Position numbers and translations under genes: made by a program. Of a stretch of DNA of 64,000 bases, positions 10,034 through 19,487 are shown in pieces; the first letter of the stretch is position 1, and each line of letters opens with the position of its first letter. The stretch comes from Candidatus Krumholzibacteriales bacterium. Its GTDB lineage: Bacteria; Krumholzibacteriota; Krumholzibacteriia; Krumholzibacteriales; WJIX01. The notes beneath the pieces were generated by a model. The model was not told where the DNA came from and made no database searches. It saw nothing but the letters and a program-made list of their open reading frames with translations. The stretch spans positions 59,367 to 123,366 of the forward strand of contig JAWODM010000014.1 in NCBI GenBank assembly GCA_046483305.1. Direction: 5' to 3'.

Positions 10034-13000
10034 TTGCGCTTAATTCGATATAGATGGTTATCTGCTGCGTTGCTACTGGTATCGTTAATCTTTCCGCGAA
10101 CCGGAAGCGCTTCGGACAAACTGCCGGTTCTGGAAAAACTCCCCTCGGGGAACCTGATCATAACGGGCCGCTACACGGCTGGCCGCCGGGAGAACTATCC
10201 GCGAAGAAGAAGGTTTAATTACGACCGGCCGTCCATGAGGGAATTCAAAAGGAGGGATGCCAGGCCTCCCCTTCGGTCTTCCGCGGAAGTATCCGGAACC
10301 CGGCACGTAGCCCTGATAAGAATAGGATTCAATACTGACCGGAAAGACGGCCTTTCCAGCCTGGATATAAATGCCGGCGAGGGTGGGTTTATCCTGGAGC
10401 CGGATCAAGACTGGATTATAGATCCCCCTCCGCATGACAGAGACTACTTTAACGCACATATGACCTGCCTGAGAAACTATTATCATGCTCAGTCCTGCGG
10501 CAGGCTCGATATTACCTGGGAAATATTCCCCGCCGCCGACAACAGCTGCTACAAGCTCTCCGACCTCGCCGATTACGGGCCCGGAAGCGGGATGTGGACA
10601 ACCGGCCAGCTGGTTGATTTTGTTCACGCCTCTCTGGATGTAGCCGATCCGGATGTTGACTATACCCGGTTCGATGCAGTGATTATAGCTCACGCCGGTC
10701 CAAATCTTCAGAGCGACGTAAACAATGATACCCCCAATGATGTCCCGTCATTCTTCGCCCGGCTGGGAGATGAAGACCGGTTTGAAACCGGCGACGGATT
10801 AATAATTACCGATTGTTCGGTAATTCCGGAGACCGGTATTCAGGATGGTTACTACTCCGGCATTTCGGCTGTTCTGGCCCATGAATTCGGCCATCAGCTG
10901 GGCCTTCCGGACCTGTACGATATTACCAGCGGCGGAACCGGCATAGGGATCTGGGGCAATATGGGAAGCGGCGGCCAGCTGGGAGTATCTCTGGGAGGGG
11001 AGCGGATAGACGGGATTATTCCTGCCGGCCTCAGCGCCTGGTCCCGGTACTACCTGGGATGGGTCGAGGCGGATACCGTGGAATCTTTCAGAGAGGCCAT
11101 GGAGATTCCCGCCGTGGAGAAGGTTCCGGCTGAGATAATAAGGATAGATATATCCAATGACGAATACTTTCTTATAGAGAACAGGTGCGTGGAGATTGAT
11201 CAGTATCTGACTCTCCTGATAGCCGACCAGGAAACCGGTGTGGTGCTGGGTGTCTACAACTGCAAAAACTGCACGGAAGAGAACATTTACGACGATGGAT
11301 TCATTTATGATCTTGAACTCTCCACCGAATATGACTGTCTTCTGCCGGTGGACCCGGATCTTCCCGCGGGGCCGTTTGACATTAAGCCTGATTTCGGGCC
11401 TGGCCTGCTGATATGGCACATAGACGAGAGGCTGATTGCGTCCAGGTGGGAGGATAACACGCTCAACAGCCGAGAACCATTCTCGATAAGGCTTATGGAA
11501 GCCGGGGGGGTTCTGGATATAGGCGATCCCACTTCGCCGCTCAGCTACGGCAATTACGATGACGCTTATTACCAGGGCAACAGCAATAGCTTTTCAGATG
11601 TGACCATACCCGGCGCGTGGAGTAATATGGGAGTCCCTTCGGGGGTGACGGTGGAGAATATCTCGGCCAGGGATACTGTGATGACTTTCGACGGAGGAAG
11701 AAGGGCGGTTCTTGAAGCGGGGAATATATTCGCCGATACGCTCCCTGCTGCCGAATGCCTGTTACCGGTGGGGAGCCAGCCCGGAATGCTGGCGGTTGAT
11801 CATCAGGGAAACGGCTGGCTGGACGGGATGCCATTCCCGGTTTTCAGCATTGGCTCTTCCCCGCTGCTTCCTTCTGCTTACGGGCCGGGTTTCGCGCTTG
11901 GCGGGGATGCGGTAATTATAGGAGATGCGGAAGGGTATATTCACGCGATTTCTATCTCAGACTGGTCTGAGGCTGGCGGGAACTGGCCGGTTGCCACCTC
12001 CGGATTGAGCGCATACCCGGTGGTTATGGAAATGGAAACAGGAATGGCGGTGGCGGCTGCGGATGAGGAGGGCAGAATTTCCGTGTTGAACAGCTCGGGC
12101 GTGGAAGAATATTCGTTTCAGCTGCCGTCAGGACAGGTAAACGCGGCTAACATTTCGGCTGTGGTCGATTCTGCGGGGCTTACCGGCCGGCTGATCTTCT
12201 TATCGGCGGGGGACAATTCGGTATACCTGTGGTGGTGGAATTTCATCCTCGGAGAGTCCGAATCCGTGAGACTTCCGGTTTCAGCTGATGAAGTATCGGG
12301 CGCCGCTGCACTGGCTGCCGGCGATATCCTGCCCGGGAAAACGGGTTTGGAGGTATATCTGACCGCTCTGCGGGCGGGAAAGATCTATCTCTGCTCCGCT
12401 GACGGGGTAATATTCGAGAGAGATCTCGGCCAGGGGGTCCAGCCCCCCGCGGTGGTGGATATCAACGGAGATACCGTTCTGGATATAGTAGTTACCGACG
12501 GAGAGTCCATATATGCCATCTCAGCTTCGGGGGCCAATCTTACCGGCTGGCCCAGGAAGATTAACGGCATGCATAATTTCCGGCGCAGGCAGAAGATAGC
12601 CGTTCCGGTTTCCGCTGTCGGAAGCGGAGGCGGGGCCAGGGTGATTGCCGTTTCGACGGACGGAATTATATTTACTCTGGATCACCGGGGGGAGCTGCTG
12701 GGCGGCGGCTATCCTGAAAGGATAGCCGGATCGGTAAGACAGGCGCCGCTATTTGTCGATATGGGCGGAGAAGGCGCTTTCGGTTTTATCGATGTCCTGG
12801 AGAACGGGACCGGAGAATATTACCAGAACAGGCCTGAGGCAATCAGAGTCAAATGGAGATCCGGGCCTTTCCGGCCGGATGAGATAGCGACTTCCTGGTT
12901 CGGCTCAAGCGCTGATGCAATGCGAAGATCGTTTGCGACTGGAGTGGGTAGATGGAGCAGCCCCTCGGCGAATTGGGCCGCCATGGACGATAACCTGATA

Positions 13001-13258
13001 ATTTATCCGAACCCGGTTGAGGGGGGAAGGGCCGGTTTTCAGTTCAGGGCTCCTTCCGGATCTCACGCTTCTCTGATGGTATTCAATATTTCCGGAGAGA
13101 TCGTGCTCCAGAGGGAAAAGAGGTGTGAGGGAGGAGAGGAACATGAAATACCGGTACAGCTGTCCGGCACCGGTTCCGGGGTTTACATCGCCCGCCTGGT
13201 GATTACCTCCGGAGGAAGAAGCTTCAAGACACTTAAGAAATTTGCTGTAGTAAATTAA
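10034..13258 (+). CDS. M6/immune-inhibitor-A-like zinc metalloprotease with FG-GAP repeats and T9SS C-terminal domain
   Basis: Signal peptide. HExxH zinc site VLAHEFGHQLGLPDLYD (HEFGH at 10880-10894). Downstream FG-GAP/VCBS-like repeats (VVDINGDTVLDIVVTDGES). C-terminus IIYPNPVEGG...MVFNISGEIV...GVYIARLV fits a T9SS sorting domain. Confidence 0.7.
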   Translation: MRLIRYRWLSAALLLVSLIFPRTGSASDKLPVLEKLPSGNLIITGRYTAGRRENYPRRRRFNYDRPSMREFKRRDARPPLRSSAEVSGTRHVALIRIGFNTDRKDGLSSLDINAGEGGFILEPDQDWIIDPPPHDRDYFNAHMTCLRNYYHAQSCGRLDITWEIFPAADNSCYKLSDLADYGPGSGMWTTGQLVDFVHASLDVADPDVDYTRFDAVIIAHAGPNLQSDVNNDTPNDVPSFFARLGDEDRFETGDGLIITDCSVIPETGIQDGYYSGISAVLAHEFGHQLGLPDLYDITSGGTGIGIWGNMGSGGQLGVSLGGERIDGIIPAGLSAWSRYYLGWVEADTVESFREAMEIPAVEKVPAEIIRIDISNDEYFLIENRCVEIDQYLTLLIADQETGVVLGVYNCKNCTEENIYDDGFIYDLELSTEYDCLLPVDPDLPAGPFDIKPDFGPGLLIWHIDERLIASRWEDNTLNSREPFSIRLMEAGGVLDIGDPTSPLSYGNYDDAYYQGNSNSFSDVTIPGAWSNMGVPSGVTVENISARDTVMTFDGGRRAVLEAGNIFADTLPAAECLLPVGSQPGMLAVDHQGNGWLDGMPFPVFSIGSSPLLPSAYGPGFALGGDAVIIGDAEGYIHAISISDWSEAGGNWPVATSGLSAYPVVMEMETGMAVAAADEEGRISVLNSSGVEEYSFQLPSGQVNAANISAVVDSAGLTGRLIFLSAGDNSVYLWWWNFILGESESVRLPVSADEVSGAAALAAGDILPGKTGLEVYLTALRAGKIYLCSADGVIFERDLGQGVQPPAVVDINGDTVLDIVVTDGESIYAISASGANLTGWPRKINGMHNFRRRQKIAVPVSAVGSGGGARVIAVSTDGIIFTLDHRGELLGGGYPERIAGSVRQAPLFVDMGGEGAFGFIDVLENGTGEYYQNRPEAIRVKWRSGPFRPDEIATSWFGSSADAMRRSFATGVGRWSSPSANWAAMDDNLIIYPNPVEGGRAGFQFRAPSGSHASLMVFNISGEIVLQREKRCEGGEEHEIPVQLSGTGSGVYIARLVITSGGRSFKTLKKFAVVN

Positions 13259-13268
13259 GGGAGTCAGG

Positions 13269-14264
13269 ATGTCAAGAGCAGGAAAGCGCATCACGGCGGC
13301 AGCGGTTCTGATACTGTTTCAGGCGGCCGGAAATTTCTCGGAGGCAGAAGGCAGCGGCCTTCTGACGGCTCCTTCCAGTCTGAAACTTTCCCATTCCGAA
13401 AGAATCGAAAGCAGAAGGAACGAAAGACTGGTCTCAATATTCGATCAGAACAGAGATTTCAGAATCGCCTCCGGCGGCAGCTCGGAGGAGGCCCTTCGCC
13501 TCAACGGGGAAAGGATTCTTTCTCCCGGTATGGTGGCACCTGACAGGGATTCCGGGCCATACACCGCTGCCGGCAGGAGAAAAAGGAATATGGCGATATC
13601 GATTATCGGCTCGGCCCTGCTTCCCGGGCTGGGCGAGATGTATATGTATTCCAGAACCGGAGAAAAATCGATCCTTGGCCGGGCTCTGGGGTTTATCGCG
13701 TTCGAAGCGTACCTGTGGTACGGATATTTGCACAATCACGACAGGGGCAAGGATTTCAAGCGTCAGTACGAAGAATACGGCGACGCTCACTGGAGCCAGG
13801 AAAGGTTCCTTCAGAACCATCCGATCTGTTATACTACCTTTCAGGGGGGGTGCGACAGCTGGCAGCAGTACAATGAGATAGGTTCAGATGATCACTCTTC
13901 AGAATATTTCTATTTCTTCTATACCGCCAAAGAGGTGGACAGGGAGGAATATTACGAGAATATGGGCAAATACGATGCCTTCCTCTACGGCTGGGACGAC
14001 TGGAACGGGGAGTACCTGCACGAGGGGGGAGAGCCCAACTACTGGACCCCTCATAGAACGTATTACTGGGACCTTCGGGGAGAGAGTAATAAATACCTGC
14101 TCAGGGCGGATTACCATGTAATGGGAATGATCGCGGCCAGGGTTGTTTCGATGGTCCAGGCCGGATGGATAGCCCACAACCGGGGGTCAGCGCCGGAGGA
14201 ATGGTCTCTGGAGATAGACAAATCACCCCTGGATTACAGATGCAGCATTAACTACAGGTTTTAG
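13269..14264 (+). CDS. hypothetical secreted protein, LPGLGE-motif family, paralog A
   Basis: Signal peptide. Central IIGSALLPGLGEMYMY...GRALGFIAFEAYLWYGY segment and a Y/E/W-rich region, ending INYRF. Shares architecture and motifs with the next gene. Confidence 0.5.
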   Translation: MSRAGKRITAAAVLILFQAAGNFSEAEGSGLLTAPSSLKLSHSERIESRRNERLVSIFDQNRDFRIASGGSSEEALRLNGERILSPGMVAPDRDSGPYTAAGRRKRNMAISIIGSALLPGLGEMYMYSRTGEKSILGRALGFIAFEAYLWYGYLHNHDRGKDFKRQYEEYGDAHWSQERFLQNHPICYTTFQGGCDSWQQYNEIGSDDHSSEYFYFFYTAKEVDREEYYENMGKYDAFLYGWDDWNGEYLHEGGEPNYWTPHRTYYWDLRGESNKYLLRADYHVMGMIAARVVSMVQAGWIAHNRGSAPEEWSLEIDKSPLDYRCSINYRF

Positions 14265-14278
14265 GGAGGAGATAGAAT

Positions 14279-15154
14279 TTGCGTAAAATATTTGTTTTCA
14301 TAACAGTGATTTTCCTGCCGGTAAACCTGTTTTCCTCATCTCTTTCCATGGACCCGGCGCCGGTCCCTGAACCGGAACAGAAAAGGTCGGTTTTCAGAAG
14401 TTCATATTCGATAGGCGGTTCCGGCTCAGGTGGCATCAGGCTCTCTCTGGCCGGCAGGGAAGGGATCAAATTACAGCTCCTGAGCGCCAGGCGGGGCTAT
14501 GGCTTTGACGGCACCTTTGAACCCGGCAGCCGTGATTATTCCACAGGAGGGATTATAGCCCGCAATGTGCTTCTGCCCGGACTGGGCCAGCGGAAGATGG
14601 GACAGAGAATGCGCTCCCGGATATATTTTTTCCTGGAAGGAGCCGCCTGGGTGGGACTGGGCACGTTCTTCTGGCAGAAAATGGCCAGGACCGGCGCGTA
14701 CGAGGAGTACGCGGTGGCCTACGCCGGTGTGGAAGAAAAAGGGCTTTCAGAGGATTACTATGAGACCATCGGCAATTTCATGAGCAGCGACGGCCCGGGC
14801 GGGTATAACGAATATGTTATGAGAGAAGCCAGGGACCTTTACTACCCCGACCAGGAGGCCATACAGGACTATTATGAGGCCAATGCTCTGACTGGCGACC
14901 AGTCCTGGAGATGGCTTTCCGAGAGTACCTATGACAAATATAATTCACTCCGCAAGGGAGCAAACAGCTCCGAGAGAAGGGCGGTTTATTCCCTGTTCTT
15001 TATGCTGGGATTGAGGCTGATCAGCAACATCGATGCGGTCAGGTCTATTATGACCGATGAAGGAGATCAGGAGCAGGCCGGACAGGGCGGGGCAGCCATA
15101 GATATTCATCAGAACGGGGAAGGTATTTCCGTCGTTCTGAAACGGCCCTTCTGA
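14279..15154 (+). CDS. hypothetical secreted protein, LPGLGQ-motif family, paralog B
   Basis: Signal peptide. IIARNVLLPGLGQRKMG...LEGAAWVGLGTFFWQ segment, DYYE/YYP-rich region and C-terminal Phe. Paralogous to 13269-14264. Confidence 0.5.
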   Translation: MRKIFVFITVIFLPVNLFSSSLSMDPAPVPEPEQKRSVFRSSYSIGGSGSGGIRLSLAGREGIKLQLLSARRGYGFDGTFEPGSRDYSTGGIIARNVLLPGLGQRKMGQRMRSRIYFFLEGAAWVGLGTFFWQKMARTGAYEEYAVAYAGVEEKGLSEDYYETIGNFMSSDGPGGYNEYVMREARDLYYPDQEAIQDYYEANALTGDQSWRWLSESTYDKYNSLRKGANSSERRAVYSLFFMLGLRLISNIDAVRSIMTDEGDQEQAGQGGAAIDIHQNGEGISVVLKRPF

Positions 15155-15210
15155 TCGAACCGGCGGCGCCGGCAGCCAGCCCGCCTCTTTCTGCAGGGAC
15201 AGATTCGGAT

Positions 15211-16122
15211 ATGCGGAAATTACACCGGTTGATTCTATTGTTAATTTTTGTTCCGGCGGCGGTTCATGCCGCCGTGCAGGAGGAAGAGCCTGCTGCCGGG
15301 GATTATCCGAATATAGTGGAAGCTGATTCGGTTCTTGCCGGGCTGAAGGAACCGCTGGGAATCTCCGCCGGGGCCCGCGGCGGGATATATGTGGCCGACG
15401 GGATGAGCGGCAAACTTTTCAAATATATGGCCGGCCGGGAAGTTCTCGAATTTCCGGTGCCCCGGTCGCTTGTTTCGATATATCCGGTTGATGTGGCGGC
15501 CGGAGCGGACCCCTTTATATATGTACTGGATTACTCCTCCGGGAATGTACTAAGATACGACTACAGGGGAGGATATCTGGATGTACTTATATCGTTCGAT
15601 GATTTCAAGCCCTCTTCAATATCGGCGGGAGCGGGAGGGAGCTTTATTCTGACAGATATGGAGAATCATTCGGTCCTGGTACTCAATCCCCTCCTGGACA
15701 GAGAGGTGGAGATAGAGGGTTACGGCTGGGAAGCGGGCTTTTTCAATAAACCGGCGAAAGCTGTAATACTGCGGGACGGGAGGCTGGCGGTTGCCGATAC
15801 CGGCAACCGGAGAGTGCAGATATTTTCGTCCTCGGGCCTCTATCTGAGGCAGTTATCCCCGCCGGACAGCCTTGGCTTCAAATCTCCAAGGTCGCTCTGC
15901 TGCGGCCCGGAGGGAAATATATTCGTTGCCGATACCGGGAGGGGTTCGGTTTTTGCCTACTCGCCCGGAGGGGAATATATCACCGCGATAGATTCCTATT
16001 CGGGAAAGAAAATATCGCCTTCCGCCCTCACTGTCGATCTGAATGATAACCTTTTCGTTGCCGATCTGCTTTCCAGGTCGATTCTCATATACAGGCTTGT
16101 TTATCCGGACAATGAGCGATGA
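15211..16122 (+). CDS. NHL-repeat beta-propeller protein, secreted
   Basis: Signal peptide. Repeated VADTGNRRVQIFSSSG and VADTGRGSVFAYSPGGEY segments typical of NHL repeats. Confidence 0.65.
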   Translation: MRKLHRLILLLIFVPAAVHAAVQEEEPAAGDYPNIVEADSVLAGLKEPLGISAGARGGIYVADGMSGKLFKYMAGREVLEFPVPRSLVSIYPVDVAAGADPFIYVLDYSSGNVLRYDYRGGYLDVLISFDDFKPSSISAGAGGSFILTDMENHSVLVLNPLLDREVEIEGYGWEAGFFNKPAKAVILRDGRLAVADTGNRRVQIFSSSGLYLRQLSPPDSLGFKSPRSLCCGPEGNIFVADTGRGSVFAYSPGGEYITAIDSYSGKKISPSALTVDLNDNLFVADLLSRSILIYRLVYPDNER

Positions 16123-19100
16123 AGCGTTACTCCCTTTCTATTATTATCATGGTTGTATTCACCCTCGCGCCTCTGCGGGCAAATCCGCTCGCGGAGCCGG
16201 GAAGAGGTCCGGTTTCGAGTAAGTCTTTTATCCTTTCGCCGGGCCAGAGCCGTATCGATACCGGCATATCTTTCATAAAACCGGGTTCCGATTCCCTTAT
16301 CATTGACGGCAGGGAAATCGAAAGGGGTGCCGGATACCGGATCAGTTCCCTCAGCGGGGTGATTATCCTGAACAACCCCGCTGAAGGCGGAGAGATGGCG
16401 ATCCTGTATTACAGCAGGTTCCATTTCCCCTTTCCCCCAGTGATGGCGAGAAGGTTCCCCGGAACCGGGGAGGCGCCTTTCAGAACTCCCCTCGCGGATA
16501 CTGCGGCGCTGTTCAGCAGTAAGAAAATTAATCCCTACCGCCTCAACGTTTCGGCCAGCAAATCGGTGGGATTCTCGGTAGGTTCCGCGAGAGGGGTGGG
16601 GATAGATCAGAGCCTGAGAGTGACCATTGCTGGAAAACTTGCCGAAGACCTGGAGGTCAAGGCGTTCCTTTCCGATGACGACCTGCCGGTACAGCCGGAA
16701 GGGAACACCGAGGAGCTCAAACGCCTGGACCGGATATCCATAAATATCAGGAGCAGGCATACCGAAGTAAAGCTCGCCGATTTTGCCTCCTCCCTGGACT
16801 GGTCCGTCTTTTCTTCCTTCGACAGGGAGCTCAGGGGAGGGGAGATTACGGTAAAAGCGGCCGGTCAGCGTTTCATGACAGGCGGAGGCATAGCCAAGGG
16901 CAGGTTTGAAACTATCAACATCACGGGGCGCGAAGGCGTTCAGGGCCCCTACCAGCTTCTGTCCGCCCGGAGGTTCAACGGAGTAATAGTGATTCCGGGT
17001 TCAGAGTCTGTATACCTGAATGGCAAATTAATGAAGAGAGGCCAGGAGAACGATTATGTCATAGATTACAACAGGGCGTCGGTTGCCTTTACCGAGAGAG
17101 TGCCGGTAACCGACGATTCGGAAATCGTAATAGAATTCCAGAAGGGCGAGAGCAATTACGAGCGGAATACCTTCATGGGGGGATGGTCCGCCCCCCTCCG
17201 GGAAGGCGCTGTCAATATCAGGGCCTTCTTCCTGACCGAGAGCGATGATAAGGACTCCCCTCTGGCCGGAGAGTTTACCGACGAGGAGATTTCAGCCCTG
17301 GCGGCGGCGGGAGACAACCCTGACAGCGCCTTTGCGTCCGGGGTGGAGAAGACAGATGAAGGGGGCAGCGGCTACATCTATTCGGAGGCGGATTCATATT
17401 TCGTGTTTGTAGAATCAGGCGCTGAATACCAGCTGGATTTCTACAAAGCCGCAGGCGGGGGGGATTATGATACCGACGGGTTTTCTTCCAGCGGAGAGCT
17501 GAAGTACCGTTACGTTGGCGAGGGAGAAGGGGATTACAGAATAGGCAGGCGGCTCCCCCTTCCTGAAAGGAAGGATCTGGTGGCGGTATCCGCCGATGCC
17601 GGGTCCGATCATCTCTTTCTGAGGGCGGAAGGAGATTTCAGCAGGCATGACAGGAATACCCTGTCCGGGCTCGATGACGGCGACAACAACGGGGCCGCCT
17701 ATACAGTGGAGGGGGGCCTGAGAGGGTTCGATTTTCTGGAATCAACCCTCAATCTGAAAGGAAGTTACTCATCGCTGGAGAGCTCGTTTGCCGCTCCCGA
17801 CCGGGTCCGCAGGGCCTATTTCTACAGGAACTGGAACCTGGAGGGAGTAGAGCTTGAAGGAAGGGAGAATATATCGGGCCTGAAGCTGAACTGGGAAAGG
17901 GACCGGTGGTGGAAGCTGGAAGGGAGCTACAGCAGGTTGACCCGAACCGGTGGGACCTCTGCGGGACGGGGGCGGGCTGAGGGAGAACTGGGGAATCCGG
18001 AAAACAGGGGGTTAAGGTTCCAGTGGCTGAGAACGGAGAACTCCGACCGGAGAAAACGGGAATTCGCTCTGGCGAAAGGGGTGTTTGCGATGTGGAAGCT
18101 GGTTCCGGGGATTACCCTGGACCGGGAGAGGTACCGGAGTTTCAGCCCCGCGGGGGCGGATACCGGAAGGTATTACAGGCAGGGAAAAATCTTTCTGGGA
18201 ACCCGGGATCTGAAAGGTTTCGATGCAGGTATCTCTTTCAACCGCAGGCTTACCGATAACCTGAGAGAGAGCGGCGGCGCGTGGTTCAGGGCCAGGGAGA
18301 ACGACGAGATTATTTTGAACGGTTCATACTCCGGTGGAACCAGGATGATAGATTTCTTTCTGAGCCACCGGGAGAGCGATGAGATAGAGTCTGGAAGCTC
18401 CAGCACCTTTGACCTGGCCAGGATCAAGTACCGGGATTCATACAGGCCGCTGGGGGTCGCTACCGACATCGGCTACAGGATCACTTCCGGCGAGGAGAGA
18501 AGAAGAGAAAGAGCTGTTATCTTCGTGGGAGAGAATCAGGGAGATTACGATGAAGAAGGCAACGAAGTGGGCCAGAAGAGGGGCGACTATATGCTTGTGT
18601 ACATCCCCGGAACGGGTACCGAAGGGGTCAGGACGGTTGAGCTGAACTGGAAGCTGAGCTTCGGGGATGGAATCAGGGGGTTCGGTTCAATGACGGATGA
18701 GGATGGCGGCCTGTTCAACCTGATAAAGAAGAATGTATCCCTGGACCAGATATTCTCTCTTTCCGAAAAATCAACCACCGATGAACTCTTCCGGCTCTAC
18801 ATCATGGATCCCGATCTTCTTCAGAGGGATGACGTGACGGTTGAAGGGTACAACCGGCTCAGGCAGGAATGGAACTTCCTCAGGGACGTCAGGAAGTACA
18901 ACCTCGGTTTTACCTTCTCCAGGGAGGACAGGGAGGATAACAGGACTGAAGGGGCTTCATCCAGCAGCTATCTCAGGGAGATGAGGCTTAAATCGGAGTA
19001 TTTGCCGGTTCCCTCACTGAGCATATCCCTGGAAGGAACCAGGACGGACAGAAGCAGTATTTCTGATAACAGGGCGGTACAGAGCTACGATATCCTCGCC

Positions 19101-19487
19101 TATACCCTCTCCAGCGCTCTCGGCTACAGGAGAGGGCCCAACGCCCGTTTCTCGGTGGAATTCTCCGGGCAGGACAGGGAGGATTACCTCTCAGAGTCCA
19201 GGCAGAATTCGTATTCATTCAAACCTTCAGCCAGCATCTCTCCGGCCGGGGATATAAACATAAGGACTTTCTACAAGTTTACCTACACAGATGTGAAGAA
19301 CGACGGGGGGCAGCCCCTGTTCTTCCTGGAGGAGGGGGTAAGGCAGGACTGGAACATCTTCAGCCGTTACCAGGTGGGAAAGCACATAAGCGTGGGACTT
19401 AACTATACCGGCAGAAGGGAAAAGGATTTCAGGGAGGAGGTGAAGACTGTCCATGCGCTCAAGGTTGAAAGCAGGGCTTATTTTTAG
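16119..19487 (+). CDS. large (1122 aa) hypothetical outer-membrane-type protein
   Basis: Cleavable signal peptide. Composition rich in alternating R/E/D/G/S/Y typical of beta-barrel proteins. C-terminal ESRAYF with terminal Phe. Start overlaps the upstream stop (ATGA). No family recognised by eye. Confidence 0.5.
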   Translation: MKRYSLSIIIMVVFTLAPLRANPLAEPGRGPVSSKSFILSPGQSRIDTGISFIKPGSDSLIIDGREIERGAGYRISSLSGVIILNNPAEGGEMAILYYSRFHFPFPPVMARRFPGTGEAPFRTPLADTAALFSSKKINPYRLNVSASKSVGFSVGSARGVGIDQSLRVTIAGKLAEDLEVKAFLSDDDLPVQPEGNTEELKRLDRISINIRSRHTEVKLADFASSLDWSVFSSFDRELRGGEITVKAAGQRFMTGGGIAKGRFETINITGREGVQGPYQLLSARRFNGVIVIPGSESVYLNGKLMKRGQENDYVIDYNRASVAFTERVPVTDDSEIVIEFQKGESNYERNTFMGGWSAPLREGAVNIRAFFLTESDDKDSPLAGEFTDEEISALAAAGDNPDSAFASGVEKTDEGGSGYIYSEADSYFVFVESGAEYQLDFYKAAGGGDYDTDGFSSSGELKYRYVGEGEGDYRIGRRLPLPERKDLVAVSADAGSDHLFLRAEGDFSRHDRNTLSGLDDGDNNGAAYTVEGGLRGFDFLESTLNLKGSYSSLESSFAAPDRVRRAYFYRNWNLEGVELEGRENISGLKLNWERDRWWKLEGSYSRLTRTGGTSAGRGRAEGELGNPENRGLRFQWLRTENSDRRKREFALAKGVFAMWKLVPGITLDRERYRSFSPAGADTGRYYRQGKIFLGTRDLKGFDAGISFNRRLTDNLRESGGAWFRARENDEIILNGSYSGGTRMIDFFLSHRESDEIESGSSSTFDLARIKYRDSYRPLGVATDIGYRITSGEERRRERAVIFVGENQGDYDEEGNEVGQKRGDYMLVYIPGTGTEGVRTVELNWKLSFGDGIRGFGSMTDEDGGLFNLIKKNVSLDQIFSLSEKSTTDELFRLYIMDPDLLQRDDVTVEGYNRLRQEWNFLRDVRKYNLGFTFSREDREDNRTEGASSSSYLREMRLKSEYLPVPSLSISLEGTRTDRSSISDNRAVQSYDILAYTLSSALGYRRGPNARFSVEFSGQDREDYLSESRQNSYSFKPSASISPAGDINIRTFYKFTYTDVKNDGGQPLFFLEEGVRQDWNIFSRYQVGKHISVGLNYTGRREKDFREEVKTVHALKVESRAYF

